Assembly (NCBI GenBank): GCA_963701965.1
Contig: OY969695.1
Location: 2,656,001 to 2,720,000, forward strand
Direction of reading: 5' to 3'
Source of the DNA: an uncultured Gemmatimonadales bacterium
GTDB lineage: Bacteria; Gemmatimonadota; Gemmatimonadetes; Gemmatimonadales; Gemmatimonadaceae
DNA: 64,000 nt
Positions 19,787 to 28,239 of this stretch are shown piece by piece. Below the pieces are notes generated by a model. The model did not search any database. It saw only the letters and a program-made list of their open reading frames with translations, and was not told the origin of the DNA. Numbering within the stretch: the first letter of the stretch is position 1; each line of letters opens with the position of its first letter. Made by a program: the position numbers and the translations under genes.

Positions 19787-20124
19787 TGGCGACCGGCGAT
19801 GCGCGCGTGATCGTTCCCGCCGGTATCAAGGCCGGCGATGTCATCTACGTGCGGGCCATCATCGAACATCCCATGGACACGGGATTCTTTCGCACCCCCG
19901 ACGGCCAGCCGATCCCGGCGTATTTCATACAGGATGTCACCGTCCGATACGGCGAGGACGAGATCGCGCACTACGAGTGGACGTCGGGGGTGAGCCGGGA
20001 TCCATCGGTGACGTTCGCGTTGAAGGCGGTGCGTGAAGCGCCGATCGCCGTGACGTGGAAGGACAACAAGGGTGGTGTGTACCACCAGTCGGCCGACGTG
20101 AGATTCGCGCCGCAGGCGCAATGA
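19786..20124 (+). CDS. SoxZ-like protein
   Basis: VRAIIEHPMDTG, IPAYFI, GVSRDP and WKDNKG motifs; TGATG overlap with the soxY-like gene. Confidence 0.88.
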   Translation: MATGDARVIVPAGIKAGDVIYVRAIIEHPMDTGFFRTPDGQPIPAYFIQDVTVRYGEDEIAHYEWTSGVSRDPSVTFALKAVREAPIAVTWKDNKGGVYHQSADVRFAPQAQ

Positions 20125-21939
20125 TCGCGCGGGCGCTGCTCGGCGCCCTGGTTGCTCTCCCGCCGCTGTTGCCGTTACCCCGACCAACGGCGTATCCCAG
20201 CGTCAGATTGGCCGAAGGGGTGTACGCGGTGCCCGGCGACACGGGACGCGGCTCCGAGGGACGGGCCAACGCGGGCTTCGTCGTCACGGACAGCGGCGTG
20301 GTGGTCATCGACGCCGAGTCCAGTCCCTATCAAGCCAAGCGCCTGCTCGCCAGCATCCGGCGTGAGACGCCGGCGCCCGTGCGGTGGCTGATTCTCACGC
20401 ACCACCATCCCGACCATACGTTCGGCGCGATCGTGTTCAAGCGGATGGGCGCTCAGGTGATCGCGCATCCCGATCGACATTTCCTCGCCGCCGAGGAAGG
20501 CGACGATGCGCTGGTCGCCAACTGGGATGGCGTCGTCGGTGTCCAGCAACTGGTGGGGTTCGCGTTCGCCGACACGCCGGGTTTGGCGATCACGCACGAC
20601 ACCACGCTCACGCTCGGCCGTCGCCGCATCGAGATCCTGCATCCGCCCGACGCGCACACGGCGGGGGATCTCGCTGTCTTGATCCCGGCGCAGCCGGGAT
20701 CGGGCCAACCGACCTCGGATCTCGCGACGCGAAGCGTCGCCGGGATTCCCGACGTCCGCGTGCTCTTCGCCGGGGACATCGTTGTCGAGGATGGGGTGAG
20801 CATGGTGGTCGATGGCACGGCGTCGGGGACGCTGCGGGCGCTCGACCGGTTCGAGGCGTTGCATCCCGCCGTCGTCGTGCCGGGGCACGGGCGGATCGAG
20901 GCCGATCCGGCATCCCAGATCGCGCGCACGCGGACGTACCTCGACTCGGCGCGGACCGCGCTCAAGGCCGCGCTCGATCGCGGGATGCCGCTCAGCCGTG
21001 TGCTGGCGCGGATGCCGCCGCCGGATTCCGGACGCCCGGTGTCGCTCGCGTCGCGCCATCAGCGGAACGCGGTGCGCATCTACGCCGAGCTCGAGAAGGA
21101 ATTGATAGACCCGCCCCATTCAGGTCTGATCTCGACCGACTCATTAGCGAGTCTGATCAAGAACGGCCAGGCGACGATCGTCAATGTGCGTACGGACGTC
21201 TCGTTGTATCTGGAGTCGCACATTCCTGGCGCCGTATATCTGCACGCCGAGTCGCTGCGATCGTTCGACCACGGGGTGCCGAATCTGCTCCTCCCACCGG
21301 AGAGCTACGCGACGCTCTTCACGCGCATCGGCATCCGCCCCGACCGCCCCGTCATCGTGTACAGCGCGGGAGACACGCGCAACATCGACGCGACGTATCT
21401 GGCGTGGATCCTGGATGGTTTCGGGGTGCCGGTGTCGGTGCTCGACGGTGGTTTTCAGAAGTGGGATCTGGACCAGAAGCCCACGGGGCGCACGTACCCG
21501 GCACCGGTGCCAGGCACGTTTCCCGTGCGGGCGTTTGAGCCGGCCCGGGCCACGCTCGATGATGTGAAGCACGTCGTCGAGGCGCATCCCGCGGACGCGG
21601 TGCTCGTCGACGCGCGGTCGCCAGAGCAATATGCCGGGCAAGCGGGCGCCCAGAATGCGGCGCGGACACATTCCGGGTGCGGTCAATCACCCGTGGACGA
21701 CCGATCTGACGACGGGGTTGTCGCACGTCTTCAAGGATCGCGATGCCATCCGCACCAGCTATGTGACGCAGGGTATCACGTCGGACAAAGCCATCATCGC
21801 GTATTGCAACGGCGGACTCGAGTCCAGCCACATCTACTTCGTGCTGCATATGGTGCTCGGCTATCCGCGCGTCCGGGTGTACGACGGTTCGTACACCGAG
21901 TGGGCGGCGCACACCGAGCTGCCGGTGGTGGGCCCTTAG
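20121..21939 (+). CDS. Secreted MBL-fold metallohydrolase fused to a tandem-domain rhodanese/sulfurtransferase (+1 frameshift at ~21653)
   Basis: NAGFVV, THHHPDH, AHTAGD, LFAGD and PGHG; then HIPGAVYL, GHIPGAVN, YCNGGLES (active-site Cys) and YDGSYTEW. Confidence 0.87.
20681..20746 (+). repeat. ~66-bp double-hairpin element, copy 2 (in-frame insertion in the MBL domain)
   Basis: Encodes IPAQPGSGQPTSDLATRSVAGI between DLAVL and PDVRVLFAGD; 62 of 66 nt identical to copy 1. Confidence 0.9.
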
Positions 21940-22478
21940 CGCACGACGATCAGCGCCGGGTGGCGGATCCCGCCATCGGCGAGGCGCACCGCGGCGTCGA
22001 TCGAGTCGGCGTCCCAGGCCGCGAGCACGACGCGGTCCGTGCCGGCGGCGAACGTGGCCAGGTCAGTCGAGGACAGCACCGGCTCTTTGAGCGCGTGCCC
22101 GACCGAGTCGGCGCGGTAGGGGTGCGTGTGCCACGTGCCAATGAGCGCGGACACGTGTGTGCAGGTACCGGTGACCGCGAACTGGAGCTGGTGGAGCCCC
22201 AAAGCCGGCGTCCAGTCCGTGATGTAGACGGTGTCGGCGCTGACGTGGCCGATGAGACAGCCCAAGTATTCGCGCTGGGTCGGTTTCCCGGTGCCCAGCA
22301 TCTGGGTCAGCGTGTTGACGTCGGACAACTCGTTCCAATGCGTGTTGTTGCGGAGCCAGATGGCGTTGATCGAGTCGGCGACCGGACGCGCGATCACCAC
22401 GACGGCGGGTGGGTGGGGTGCGGGCGACAGGGCTACCCCGGCACACAGTAAGACTCGAAGCAACGACGGGCGCAGCAT
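21936..22478 (-). CDS. Secreted JAB/MPN+ domain metalloprotease-like protein (180 aa)
   Basis: Hydrophobic N-terminus; QREYLGCLIG, IGTWHTHP and LSSTD give the JAMM pattern E...HxH...SxxD. Confidence 0.78.
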   Translation of the reverse strand: MLRPSLLRVLLCAGVALSPAPHPPAVVVIARPVADSINAIWLRNNTHWNELSDVNTLTQMLGTGKPTQREYLGCLIGHVSADTVYITDWTPALGLHQLQFAVTGTCTHVSALIGTWHTHPYRADSVGHALKEPVLSSTDLATFAAGTDRVVLAAWDADSIDAAVRLADGGIRHPALIVVR

Positions 22479-22490
22479 AGGTTTTAGCAC

Positions 22491-23393
22491 ATGGTACCGA
22501 GACATACGACCCTGGTGGAATCGCCTCGGCTGTCCGACCGCCTTGGCGTGGCGGTGACGCTGGCGTCCGAGACCTTTCAGTATACCGGAAGCTTCAAATT
22601 TCGCGCGGCGAGCTATGTGGTGGGTCATGTGCCGAACCCCGCGGTAATCACCGCGTCGTCCGGCAACTTTGGCCAGGCCATGGCCTACGCCTGCCAGCAG
22701 GCGGGCAAGCGGTGCACCGTGGTCATGCCGGCGAATTCGGTGCGGGTGAAAGTCGACGCGGTCCGCGATTTCGGCGCGACGGTCGATCTCGTGGACACGA
22801 CGAAGATCACGCGGGCCGCACGGGTCGCCGAGCTGAGCGCGGCGCAGCCCGACGCGTACGTGGCCAGTGCCTACGATGATCCCTTGGTGATCGCCGGCAA
22901 CGCCACGCTCGGGCGCGAGCTGGCCGCGCTGCCGCAGCGGTTCGACGCGATCATCGCGCCCGTGGGCGGCGGCGGTCTGTGTTCGGGGATCATTCAGGGG
23001 TTGCGGGCGGCGGGCGATACGACGCCGGTCATCGGCGCCGAGCCGTTGTTGGCGAACAATGCGGCGCAGTCGCTGCGGACGGGGCGGATCGTTGCCAGCG
23101 ACCACGAGGTGCAAACGATCGCCGACGGCGCGCGCACCATGAGTCTCGGCAAGCATAACTGGGCCATCATTCAGAGCGGCGTCGAGACGATCGTCGAAGT
23201 CTCGGAGGAGCAGATTCGCGAGGGGGTACGGCTCTTGTTCGCGTTGGCCAATCTCAAGGCCGAACCCACCGGCGCGTTGACGCTCGGCGCCGTGCTGGCC
23301 GATCGGAACCGATTGCGGGATCGACGCATTTGCTGCATCGTGAGTGGCGGCAACGCCGATCCACACCTGTATCGAGAAATTCTGGGCGACTAG
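22491..23393 (+). CDS. PLP-dependent threonine/serine dehydratase or racemase family protein
   Basis: ETFQYTGSFKFR, SSGNFGQ, PVGGGGL, EPTGA and IVSGGN motifs. Confidence 0.9.
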   Translation: MVPRHTTLVESPRLSDRLGVAVTLASETFQYTGSFKFRAASYVVGHVPNPAVITASSGNFGQAMAYACQQAGKRCTVVMPANSVRVKVDAVRDFGATVDLVDTTKITRAARVAELSAAQPDAYVASAYDDPLVIAGNATLGRELAALPQRFDAIIAPVGGGGLCSGIIQGLRAAGDTTPVIGAEPLLANNAAQSLRTGRIVASDHEVQTIADGARTMSLGKHNWAIIQSGVETIVEVSEEQIREGVRLLFALANLKAEPTGALTLGAVLADRNRLRDRRICCIVSGGNADPHLYREILGD

Positions 23394-23395
23394 CG

Positions 23396-23683
23396 GGCAA
23401 TGCCCAGATCTTGCTACGGCCCACTGGGCGTAGCAAGATCCTGGTCGGTTGAACAGATCTGGGCTTTGCCCAGATCTTGCTACGGCCCACTGGCGTAGCA
23501 AGATCCTGGTCGGTTGAACTGATCTGGGCTTTGCCCAGATCTTGCTACGGCCCACTGGCGTAGCAAGATCCTAGTCGGTTGAACTGATCTGGGCTTTGCC
23601 CAGATCTTGCTACGGCCCACTGGCGTAGCAAGATCCTGGTCGGTTGAACTGATCTGGGCTTTGCCCAGATCTACCTACGGCCC
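23396..23683. repeat. Tandem array of a 65-bp GATC-rich double-hairpin unit (~4.4 copies)
   Basis: Unit gatctgggc-ttt-gcccagatcttgctacg-gcccactgg-cgtagcaagatc-ctggtcggttgaact starts at 23456, 23521, 23586 and 23651 (partial), plus a leading variant. Confidence 0.95.
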
Positions 23684-23856
23684 GATAGTTGCAACCTATG
23701 GTCGCGGTATTAAATGAGGGCACCCCCGATGACCATCACTCGCTCGACCGATCGCCCGTCAGCGCCAAAGAACCCCCGTCCCGCAAGCCCGCCTCCAAAT
23801 GACGAGCCCCGGGTGATCGTTCGTGGACGCGTGTCCCATGTCGAACACGAAATCGA

Positions 23857-24405
23857 TCAGCCGGAGCCGATGCCCGTGCGCAAGTCCGGGGACCGCCCCA
23901 CGGCCTCGCGGTAGACGGCCGACTGGCCGAAGTTCTCCTCTACCTCGATCTCGATCACCCCAAGTCGACCCGCCGCGGAGCCGAGCTCCGTTTTGACTCG
24001 CCCGGCCAAGTACTGGGCCAACATCTCGACGGTGGTGTTCGGGATCGGGAGGAGAACGCAGTCTTCGCGGGGAAACACGTAACGGGGGCGGTGCTCGTAG
24101 GCCACCGTTATCGTTTCCCCCTGCTCGCCGATCACGAGCTTCGGGTTCTCCAAGGGCAGGAGCACCCAATGGTCGATCTCATCGCACAGCCGCTTCATCA
24201 GCCGCTTGAGGTCGACAAAGTTGAACACATACCAACTTTCGGGATCGAGTGGCCCCTCCAGCGCGACGGCGACACGGTAGTTGTGGCCGTGCAGGTTCTC
24301 GCAGCGGTGTCCGGCGAACGTGATGAAGTGCGCGGACGAGAACACGAGATAGTCTTTCGTGACCTGCACCCGGAAGAGCTTTTCGGCGTGATCAGTGGTC
24401 GGCAT
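23857..24405 (-). CDS. 6-pyruvoyl-tetrahydropterin synthase/QueD-family protein
   Basis: FSSAHFI, CENLHGHNY, NTTVE and VEEN motifs. Confidence 0.88.
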   Translation of the reverse strand: MPTTDHAEKLFRVQVTKDYLVFSSAHFITFAGHRCENLHGHNYRVAVALEGPLDPESWYVFNFVDLKRLMKRLCDEIDHWVLLPLENPKLVIGEQGETITVAYEHRPRYVFPREDCVLLPIPNTTVEMLAQYLAGRVKTELGSAAGRLGVIEIEVEENFGQSAVYREAVGRSPDLRTGIGSG

Positions 24406-25285
24406 GCCAGAGTCCCGAGAGAAGACCAACAAAGAGCGAAGCCGCGGTGAGATCCGCGGTCGTGCCGGGATTCAACCGGCGCTCGCGCAGCGTGTGGTCA
24501 AATGTGGAAAGCGTCACGCGCCCGGCGAGCACGGCCGCCGCGCCGCGGCTGACAGCCGCGGCCGTGGGGGCGCCATGGCGACGGGCAATATGTGTATCGG
24601 GCGCGGCAGCGAGAAGGTGTAGGTAGGTGTCCACCGTCGCGGGCTCCCAACCCGCGCCCGTCGCCAGCGCCGCTCGCAACGTCGGAAACCCGAGCTCGAA
24701 CGTCGTCTCGAAATCCGTCGCGTACTCGCGGGCGACGCCATCCCGCTCGGCAGCCAGGCGCATCGTCTCGCGCAAGGCGATCCGAGGCTCGGCCGCAACG
24801 TCCTCGGCGCTGACGGCGCCGAGCCCGCCCGGTCGCGCGAGCCGGATCGCCGCATAGACCTCGCGCGCGTCCTCCACTGTCGTCGCCGCTAACATCTCGC
24901 CCAACGCTTCCCGAAGCCTCTTCGGGGCGCGAGATCCCTTGTCGATAACAGGGGTCGCGGCTTCGCCAGGATGCATGCGCTCGGTTTCACGGGCCCCGGC
25001 CTGGGCCGCGCGCGCAGCGCGCGCCAGCGGGACGATGAGCAGGACGATGCCGAGGTTGGTGTTCGAGCGCGTCCAGCGCGCTGTTGCCTGTACGGCCGCG
25101 TGTATGGTGGCGCCGAGCGGGCGGTCACCAGCGAGCGCGGGGCCGAGCGCGGCAGCGCTCGCCAAAAAGTCCTCGTAGCGCGCATCATGAAAATGTCGAT
25201 CGGGCGACACGTTGCCGGGTTTGGGCGCGCTCGCTTCCAGGAGGCAGGCGAGCTGGGCGGCCGCGACAATGAAGTCATCCGTCAT
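24392..25285 (-). CDS. CitG-family triphosphoribosyl-dephospho-CoA synthase-like protein (Orf7)
   Basis: EASAPKPGNV, NTNLGIVLL, PDTHIARRHG and NPGTTADL motifs. Confidence 0.87.
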   Translation of the reverse strand: MTDDFIVAAAQLACLLEASAPKPGNVSPDRHFHDARYEDFLASAAALGPALAGDRPLGATIHAAVQATARWTRSNTNLGIVLLIVPLARAARAAQAGARETERMHPGEAATPVIDKGSRAPKRLREALGEMLAATTVEDAREVYAAIRLARPGGLGAVSAEDVAAEPRIALRETMRLAAERDGVAREYATDFETTFELGFPTLRAALATGAGWEPATVDTYLHLLAAAPDTHIARRHGAPTAAAVSRGAAAVLAGRVTLSTFDHTLRERRLNPGTTADLTAASLFVGLLSGLWHADH

Positions 25286-26146
25286 GTCGCCAGCGCCGCG
25301 TCGACAATAGCGCCAGCCACGTCGAGCCCAGTAGCCTCCTGCAACCCGCGCCACCCCGGAATGCCATTGACCTCCAGCGCATACACCGGCCCTTCGCGCG
25401 AGGGCAGGAGATCGACGCCGGCGTACATGGCGCCAACGGTGCGCGCCGCCGTGATCGCCATATCGCTCCAGTCCGCCGGCAGCGTAAACGGCCGCGCGCT
25501 TCCCCCGCGCGAGTAGTTCGTCCGCCAGCCAGGCCCATCGGCGGATGCCGACCGTTCGATGGCGCCGACGACGCGGTCGCCAACGACGAACGCGCGAACG
25601 TCGCGCCCTTCGTGGGCGATGAACCGCTGCAGATAGAAAACCCCCCGCAGCTGCTCGATCGCCCGAAAGACCCGCCACGCGACGTCCTCGTCGGACACGC
25701 GCACCATGCCCAGCCCCATGGAACCAAAGAGCGGTTTGACAATGACGTCGCGCAGATCCCGAAACGCCGCCATGGCGTCATCCGCCCGCTCGCAGACGAC
25801 AGTCTCCGGCGTCGCCAACCCGGCGCGCTCGAGCAACGCCGACGTCAAGAACTTGTCCACCGTGCGCTCAATGGCACGCGGCGCATTGACGACCCGCACG
25901 CCCACATCACTGAGCCAGTGCAGCGCATCGATCCGATAGAATGATCTGCTCCAACGACCCGTTGGGGATGATGCGCGCCAGCACGAGATCCCCGGGCCGG
26001 ATAGACGGCGGAACGCGGCGGCCTGCGCCCAGGCGGCTCACGATGCCTTCCCACGGGACGATCCGCACCGCCGCCCCGCGTTTGGCGAACGCGCGGCAGA
26101 GCTGCTCCGTATGCCAGCCCTGTCGTGACGCGAGAATCGTGACTAC
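25282..26146 (-). CDS. RimK-family ATP-grasp glutamate ligase (Orf5-like); +1 frameshift at ~25938; start codon unresolved
   Basis: GWHTEQL, RIIPNGSLEQII|YRIDALHW, VDKF, KPLFGSMG and LEVNGIPGW motifs. Confidence 0.85.
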
Positions 26147-26466
26147 TTGGACGACTCCACGCCGATCAGCGCGGTGAGACCACCCGTGGCAAAGTTCGCC
26201 AGATCGTCCGACACCTTCTTGAACCCCGGCGTAGCCATGCCCTTCTTGAGCGCGTCCAGCGACGGAAAGAAGAGTTGCGCCTGGCGGTACAACGTCGGCG
26301 TCTTTCCGTCCGCGGTCGACACGAACTTGGTGAGGATCACGTTGGAAATCCCGATCTCTTTCGCGTTCGCGCTCACGAGCGGCAGATGCGTCGCCTCGTA
26401 GTAGCGTTCAAACGCCGCGGCGTCCTTCGGCGTGTTGTACAGGACGACCAGCTCCGCTTGGGCCAT
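26143..26466 (-). CDS. EthD-family protein
   Basis: LVVLYNTPKDAAAFERYYEATHLPL and DLANFA; 107 aa. Confidence 0.8.
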   Translation of the reverse strand: MAQAELVVLYNTPKDAAAFERYYEATHLPLVSANAKEIGISNVILTKFVSTADGKTPTLYRQAQLFFPSLDALKKGMATPGFKKVSDDLANFATGGLTALIGVESSK

Positions 26467-26482
26467 CGCGCGATCTCCGCAG

Positions 26483-27439
26483 TCAGGAGTAAAGAGAGGA
26501 CCGAAGAATGTTGGGATTGAGGTCTCCGCCCTGGAAGGTCCGCCCGGAGCGCGCACTCGTCAACCAGACTTCGGCGGGACTGAACAACAGCGGGTCGATC
26601 TTGTAGAAGTCGCCTTTGTAGCGGGTAAACGTCTCGTAGAACGGCGTGCCGTAGTCGGACGACGCCGAGGCCGGAAGCTTGGCGGCGAGCGGTTCCAGCT
26701 CCGCGTCGTCGGCATCGATCAGGAATCGCGCCTCCCCGCCGTACAGGATGCAATCATTCGTGCGGCCTATCGCCCGGAGATCGTTGGTGCAATAGGGAGG
26801 CACCGGCGCCGACCCGGCGGCATGCACGACGCGGGTCACATCGAAGCCCAGCGCATCCATCTTGTGCAAGCCGGTTTCCAGCACGCGGGCGACGATCTGC
26901 ACGCTGCCCGCGGTGCTCGCGGTGGGGGCCACGACGAACGTCAGCTGTGGCGGCGTGAGACGCGCGCGGGCGGCGACCCACTCGGCCACCGCGTCGGTCG
27001 GGTGGGCGCGGGTCTCCATCACGAGTACGCCGCGCGCCGCGGTCTCCTGGTACCGGAGCTTCTCGAACAGCTCCTTCTCGACGCGGGCATGAGCCCGGAG
27101 CGGCCCCGACCCCATCGCGAAGAACTTGTCGACCTGAATCGCCCAGCCCGCGTACTGCGAAGCCATGCAGGAAACCGCGGGATGGTCAGTCCAGACTTCG
27201 ACGCCCGTGTAGTCGTCGGGCCCTACGCGCACCGTTTGATAGGCAATGTGTCCGAGACCACCCATGCACACCTGCGCCAGCGCCAGGCCCGCGCCATAGC
27301 CGCCCGGCACGTCGATCCCCAGGTCAATGATCCGCGCGCCGGATGGGAGTGTCGAGACGGCGATACGCAACTCCTCGCTGCGCGCCGCGACGTCATCCGC
27401 GATCGTCGCGGCCCTCGCGTTCAGTCTCAGGTCGTCCAC
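26483..27439 (-). CDS. mch: Methenyl-H4MPT cyclohydrolase
   Basis: CMGGLG, CMASQYAGW, MGSGP, ARVLETGLHK, GRTNDCILYGG and DFYKIDPLLFSPA motifs. Confidence 0.95.
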   Translation of the reverse strand: MDDLRLNARAATIADDVAARSEELRIAVSTLPSGARIIDLGIDVPGGYGAGLALAQVCMGGLGHIAYQTVRVGPDDYTGVEVWTDHPAVSCMASQYAGWAIQVDKFFAMGSGPLRAHARVEKELFEKLRYQETAARGVLVMETRAHPTDAVAEWVAARARLTPPQLTFVVAPTASTAGSVQIVARVLETGLHKMDALGFDVTRVVHAAGSAPVPPYCTNDLRAIGRTNDCILYGGEARFLIDADDAELEPLAAKLPASASSDYGTPFYETFTRYKGDFYKIDPLLFSPAEVWLTSARSGRTFQGGDLNPNILRSSLYS

Positions 27440-28239
27440 TGGAGAATCTCTCCTTTGCCGACGTCCGCCAGGTCGCCGACCCAGCGCGTGAAGAGCCCCG
27501 TGCCATATCCGGCGTCGATCGGGAAGTTCCGGACGCGGCGGAGGTAGCGGACGAGTACCGCAATGTGCGGCGGGCGGTACGTGCAGGCGAAACCATAGGT
27601 GGCCGGGATGTCCACGCCGCCCAGGGCGACGATCGAGCCGCGCTTGGACCACAGCCCCGTGCCGGGACCGGCGCGGCCGCACACGACGAGACTTCCGGCG
27701 ATCATGGCGTGCGCGGCGCGCGGCCCCGCATTGCCGCCGACGACGATCAGGCCGCGGCGCGCCCGCGCGCCGGCATCGGCGCCGGTGTCGCCGCGCACGA
27801 TGATCTCGCCCCCGATCATCCCACGCGATGCCCCCGGCGCCGCGCCGCCGAGCCGGTCGCCGGCCGAGCCGCGGATGGCCAGATACCCGCCCGCCATCGC
27901 GACGGCCGCACCGTCGCCGACGTCGCCCGTGGTCGCGATCGTCCCGCCGGTCATCGCCAGCCCGACGTCGCGGCCCGCCGGCCCGTCGATCGTGAGGGTC
28001 CCGCCCGTCATGTTCGTGCCCAACCCATCGACTTGTCCCAGCTCCCCCACGACGGTCACGTCCGCGCTCCGCTCTCCCTCGACATCGAAGATGTCGCCCA
28101 GCGCTGCGCGCTGGCGACCCACCCACACATCGAGGTGGGCGATCTCGGCCGTGCCAAGCGTGGCCAACCGATCGGCACAGATCAGCGAAGCGTCGATCGA
28201 CGCCGGGGCGCCTGGGCGCAGGGTGAGCGTGACACTCAT
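27427..28239 (-). CDS. fhcC: Formyltransferase/hydrolase complex subunit C (FwdC-like)
   Basis: Gly-rich GxxMxGG beta-helix repeats; LGDIFDVEG; GDLADVGKGEI. Confidence 0.92.
   Translation of the reverse strand: MSVTLTLRPGAPASIDASLICADRLATLGTAEIAHLDVWVGRQRAALGDIFDVEGERSADVTVVGELGQVDGLGTNMTGGTLTIDGPAGRDVGLAMTGGTIATTGDVGDGAAVAMAGGYLAIRGSAGDRLGGAAPGASRGMIGGEIIVRGDTGADAGARARRGLIVVGGNAGPRAAHAMIAGSLVVCGRAGPGTGLWSKRGSIVALGGVDIPATYGFACTYRPPHIAVLVRYLRRVRNFPIDAGYGTGLFTRWVGDLADVGKGEILQWTT

Noticed and set aside
19345..20124. SoxY-SoxZ fusion (259-aa ORF)
   Set aside because: The fused frame loses the GCG carrier arm. Removing one base at ~19682 gives separate SoxY and SoxZ with a TGATG overlap.
19345..21939. 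Complete Sox thiosulfate oxidation pathway
   Set aside because: No soxA, soxX, soxB or soxCD in the window, and the SoxY tail is non-canonical.
23396..23683. CRISPR array
   Set aside because: Units are essentially identical with no unique spacers, the period is 65 bp, and no cas1/cas2 is present. The Cas4-like genes are 17 kb away and solo.
23714..23914. Small ORF after the tandem array
   Set aside because: No recognisable motif and it overlaps the PTPS gene end, so it cannot be supported.
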